A DNA stretch of 63,799 nucleotides, the filler included, from Reticulomyxa filosa (Eukaryota; Protista; Foraminifera): NCBI GenBank assembly GCA_000512085.1. It is 14 parts of 14 records of this genome, joined end to end, with 100 filler letters (N's around TTAATTAATTAA, not from the genome) between each part and the next. Parts side by side here need not be neighbours in the genome. Positions count along the whole stretch, not along the records: positions 59,985 to 63,799 come from ASPP01047106.1; 13 more parts are not named here. One strand, 5' to 3'. Below are positions 61,601 through 63,799 of the stretch, one piece after another. The translations under genes were made by a program, and so were the position numbers. Each line of letters opens with the position of its first letter. The stretch's first letter is position 1. The notes under the pieces were generated by a model. The model was not told where the DNA came from. It did no database searches and saw only the letters and a program-made list of their open reading frames with translations.

Positions 61601-62038
61601 ACACTGACTGTCAAGATTGTTCCTGCTAAGATTGATCCGGTCAAGATGCATAGTAGATTCAATAAACAGCTGGATCCCTTTTATTTTAAAGGGAGGGGAG
61701 GAGGAGGGCCAGCATTCCTGGCTCCAAATTCCGGTGTTCTTATTTTGTTTTGTGTTGTAATTTTCTATTTAAAAATTTTGTTCATTTATTATTTACTGTT
61801 TGTTCCTGCATTTTTGTACTGTTTTTGTTCATTCATTACTTATTGTTTGTTACTATATTACTATCTTGTTTTTGTTTCTGACTTCTTGTACTGTTTGTTA
61901 CTGCGTTCCTGATTGTTTTTTCTTTAACAACGACTAAAAATATTATTGTAAACTTTATTGAATACTTCAATAACATTGAGTATACAATATGATCGAAAAT
62001 CCAAAATTAAGATATTTATTTTATAAACATATTCTAGT

Positions 62039-63030
62039 ATGGAAACCTAATAATCAATTAGAAGACGAATTGAAATAAGCAATTGATGAAACATTGACAA
62101 AGATTAATGATATAATTTGTGAATGGATTGATACAAAAGAAATTTAAAAAATTACAAATTGTTACAATCCACATTTAAAAGTTCGAATATTGAAATCTCC
62201 ACTACTAAAAAAAATAAGTGATGTCAAAAATAATACCACATTAAAGTTGGCTGAGTTTGTGTATGATCAACTTTGTAAATTCAATCCAACGAAAATGAAA
62301 GAACAAGTTATTTATGTTATTTTGTTTGAATATTTTAAGAAACACATTATGTGTGAAATGAATCCAACAGTTGTGCTGATATTATATCATTATTAAAAGA
62401 ATCAAGAAAACAAGAATTAGAAGAAGATATAACAATATTCAAGCACTCAATTATCCATACACTGGCAATGATTATTAAAAAAAAGATTCATGTGATTGTC
62501 GTTAATACATAATTGATTCATTAAGAGAAGAAAAAAAAAATGAACAATAACAGCAAGTGATAGTATTACAATGAGAATCAGGAGCAGGTAAAAGCCTATT
62601 TTATCGTTATTTAGAAGATACAGCGAGAAATACAAACAATAATTCCATAACATCAATTCCTGTTTATATTTCATCACCAAAATGTTATAATGAATTAAAT
62701 GAAAAATATTAATTTCCCAAATTTACATAAAATGATGAAAGAACCATTTCTGTTTCGAATGATATTAACTATATTGCCATCACTAATGAAACAACATTCT
62801 ATTAGAACTAAAATATCAAAAGCTATAAATATACAAAGCATTCAATGAACAATGGATTGATATTCACGTTAAAAATATTTCAAATAAATTATCAAAATTA
62901 AGTATTCAAACAAATCATAGAAAAATCAAATTTGCATTTCAACAATATTGTCAAAATATAAGGAATCAAGTTGCTAATTTTAAAAAATATATATAATTTA
63001 TGCCTTATCATAAAAGGATATAGCGCTTGA
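62039..63030 (+). pseudogene. NACHT-type P-loop NTPase pseudogene with family-specific N-terminal region
   Basis: VIVLQ*ESGAGKSLF.RYLE (Walker A, 62560-62620), IPVYISSPKCYN, EQWIDIHVKNISNKL; numerous stops and frameshifts. Confidence 0.7.
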
Positions 63031-63799
63031 AAAAAAATTTAAAAAGTTTAAATTTTCCATTTTACAAACTACAACTCGCAACTAATATGCTAAGAAAAGA
63101 TAAATCTTTAATTTAAATAAAATCAACATTTACAGTATAGACAAGAACAAAAGGTGCATTTACATCAGTTGGGCTATGACTTCTACATGTGAACTAGCAT
63201 ATAATGTCTTCTGCATTCAGAAAGATTTTATATAATCATAATTTGCACAAAAATACAACAAAATATCCATTTCACTTTATAATAAGTTTGCACGTTATGC
63301 TTGTTTGATAACAAGATTTGTTTAGTTCTTATTTTTTATATTTTTCTTTAAAGTGCACTACATCAAATTTTAGGGCGAGATTTGCTAACTTGATATGTAA
63401 GACTATTACTTGATGCGCCTTGCTTTTTTAAAAATCTGGAGTCCTCTAGTTAAATATTTTATTTTTTAATTATATTTTGAATTTCACAAAAATGTTTGCC
63501 ACTTGTTCTAATTGAACCTTTTTCGTAGCATTATATAGGAAGAAACCAGCTTATCAAAAGCACACCAAAAGAAATATAAGTTTCTATCCTTCAAACAAAG
63601 TATAGCATTTAAAAGGTGTTGTTTTTAGATTAATGGCGGCAGTTCAAATATAATTACTCTGGATCAGTAGTGAAGTTTACCAATTCTGGCCATGTTGAAA
63701 CTTTTCTTTCATTTTTAAGCAGATTGTCAATTTGTCGTATCCAAATATTCGTCCGAAAAAAAAAGGAGTTACCAGAACACTTCAAAAAAAAAAAAAAAA

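Noticed and set aside
60764-61912. 382-aa Thr-rich ORF as a real mucin
   Set aside because: Openness is explained by a repeat that rarely forms stops; non-ATG start, and units are not multiples of three.
1-63799. tRNA, rRNA or prokaryotic operon/CRISPR features
   Set aside because: None recognised by eye; the sequence is eukaryotic and intron-rich. tRNAscan/Infernal were not run.

Overview
Eukaryotic, very AT-rich, intron-containing DNA. It is a concatenation of 14 unrelated contig pieces joined by 13 artificial 100-bp spacers (44 N + TTAATTAATTAA + 44 N), so synteny across spacers is meaningless. The expanded WD40, Kelch, TPR and NACHT families with many pseudogenes, and the poly-A/T and (TA)n introns, suggest a foraminiferan such as Reticulomyxa filosa (inference). 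Recognisable genes: RPLP2 (4 exons), AlkB-family dioxygenase, TARBP1/Trm3 SPOUT methyltransferase, SLC33A1-type acetyl-CoA transporter, RNF141-like RING protein, GH3 beta-xylosidase, GH18 chitinase, RGS-, PH- and SPRY-like-domain proteins, a head-to-head AIG1/GIMAP GTPase pair, WD40 genes and pseudogenes, NACHT pseudogenes, a CRE-like non-LTR RT remnant and a TA-flanked MITE. The most interesting item is a 4-exon gene that splices in frame into Kelch propeller - acidic linker - helical domain - PB1/CIDE-N-like module - caspase-family protease. A similar module heads a TPR-repeat protein on another contig, suggesting a lineage-specific sensor/adaptor/protease signalling system. All domain calls are by eye; no searches were run.
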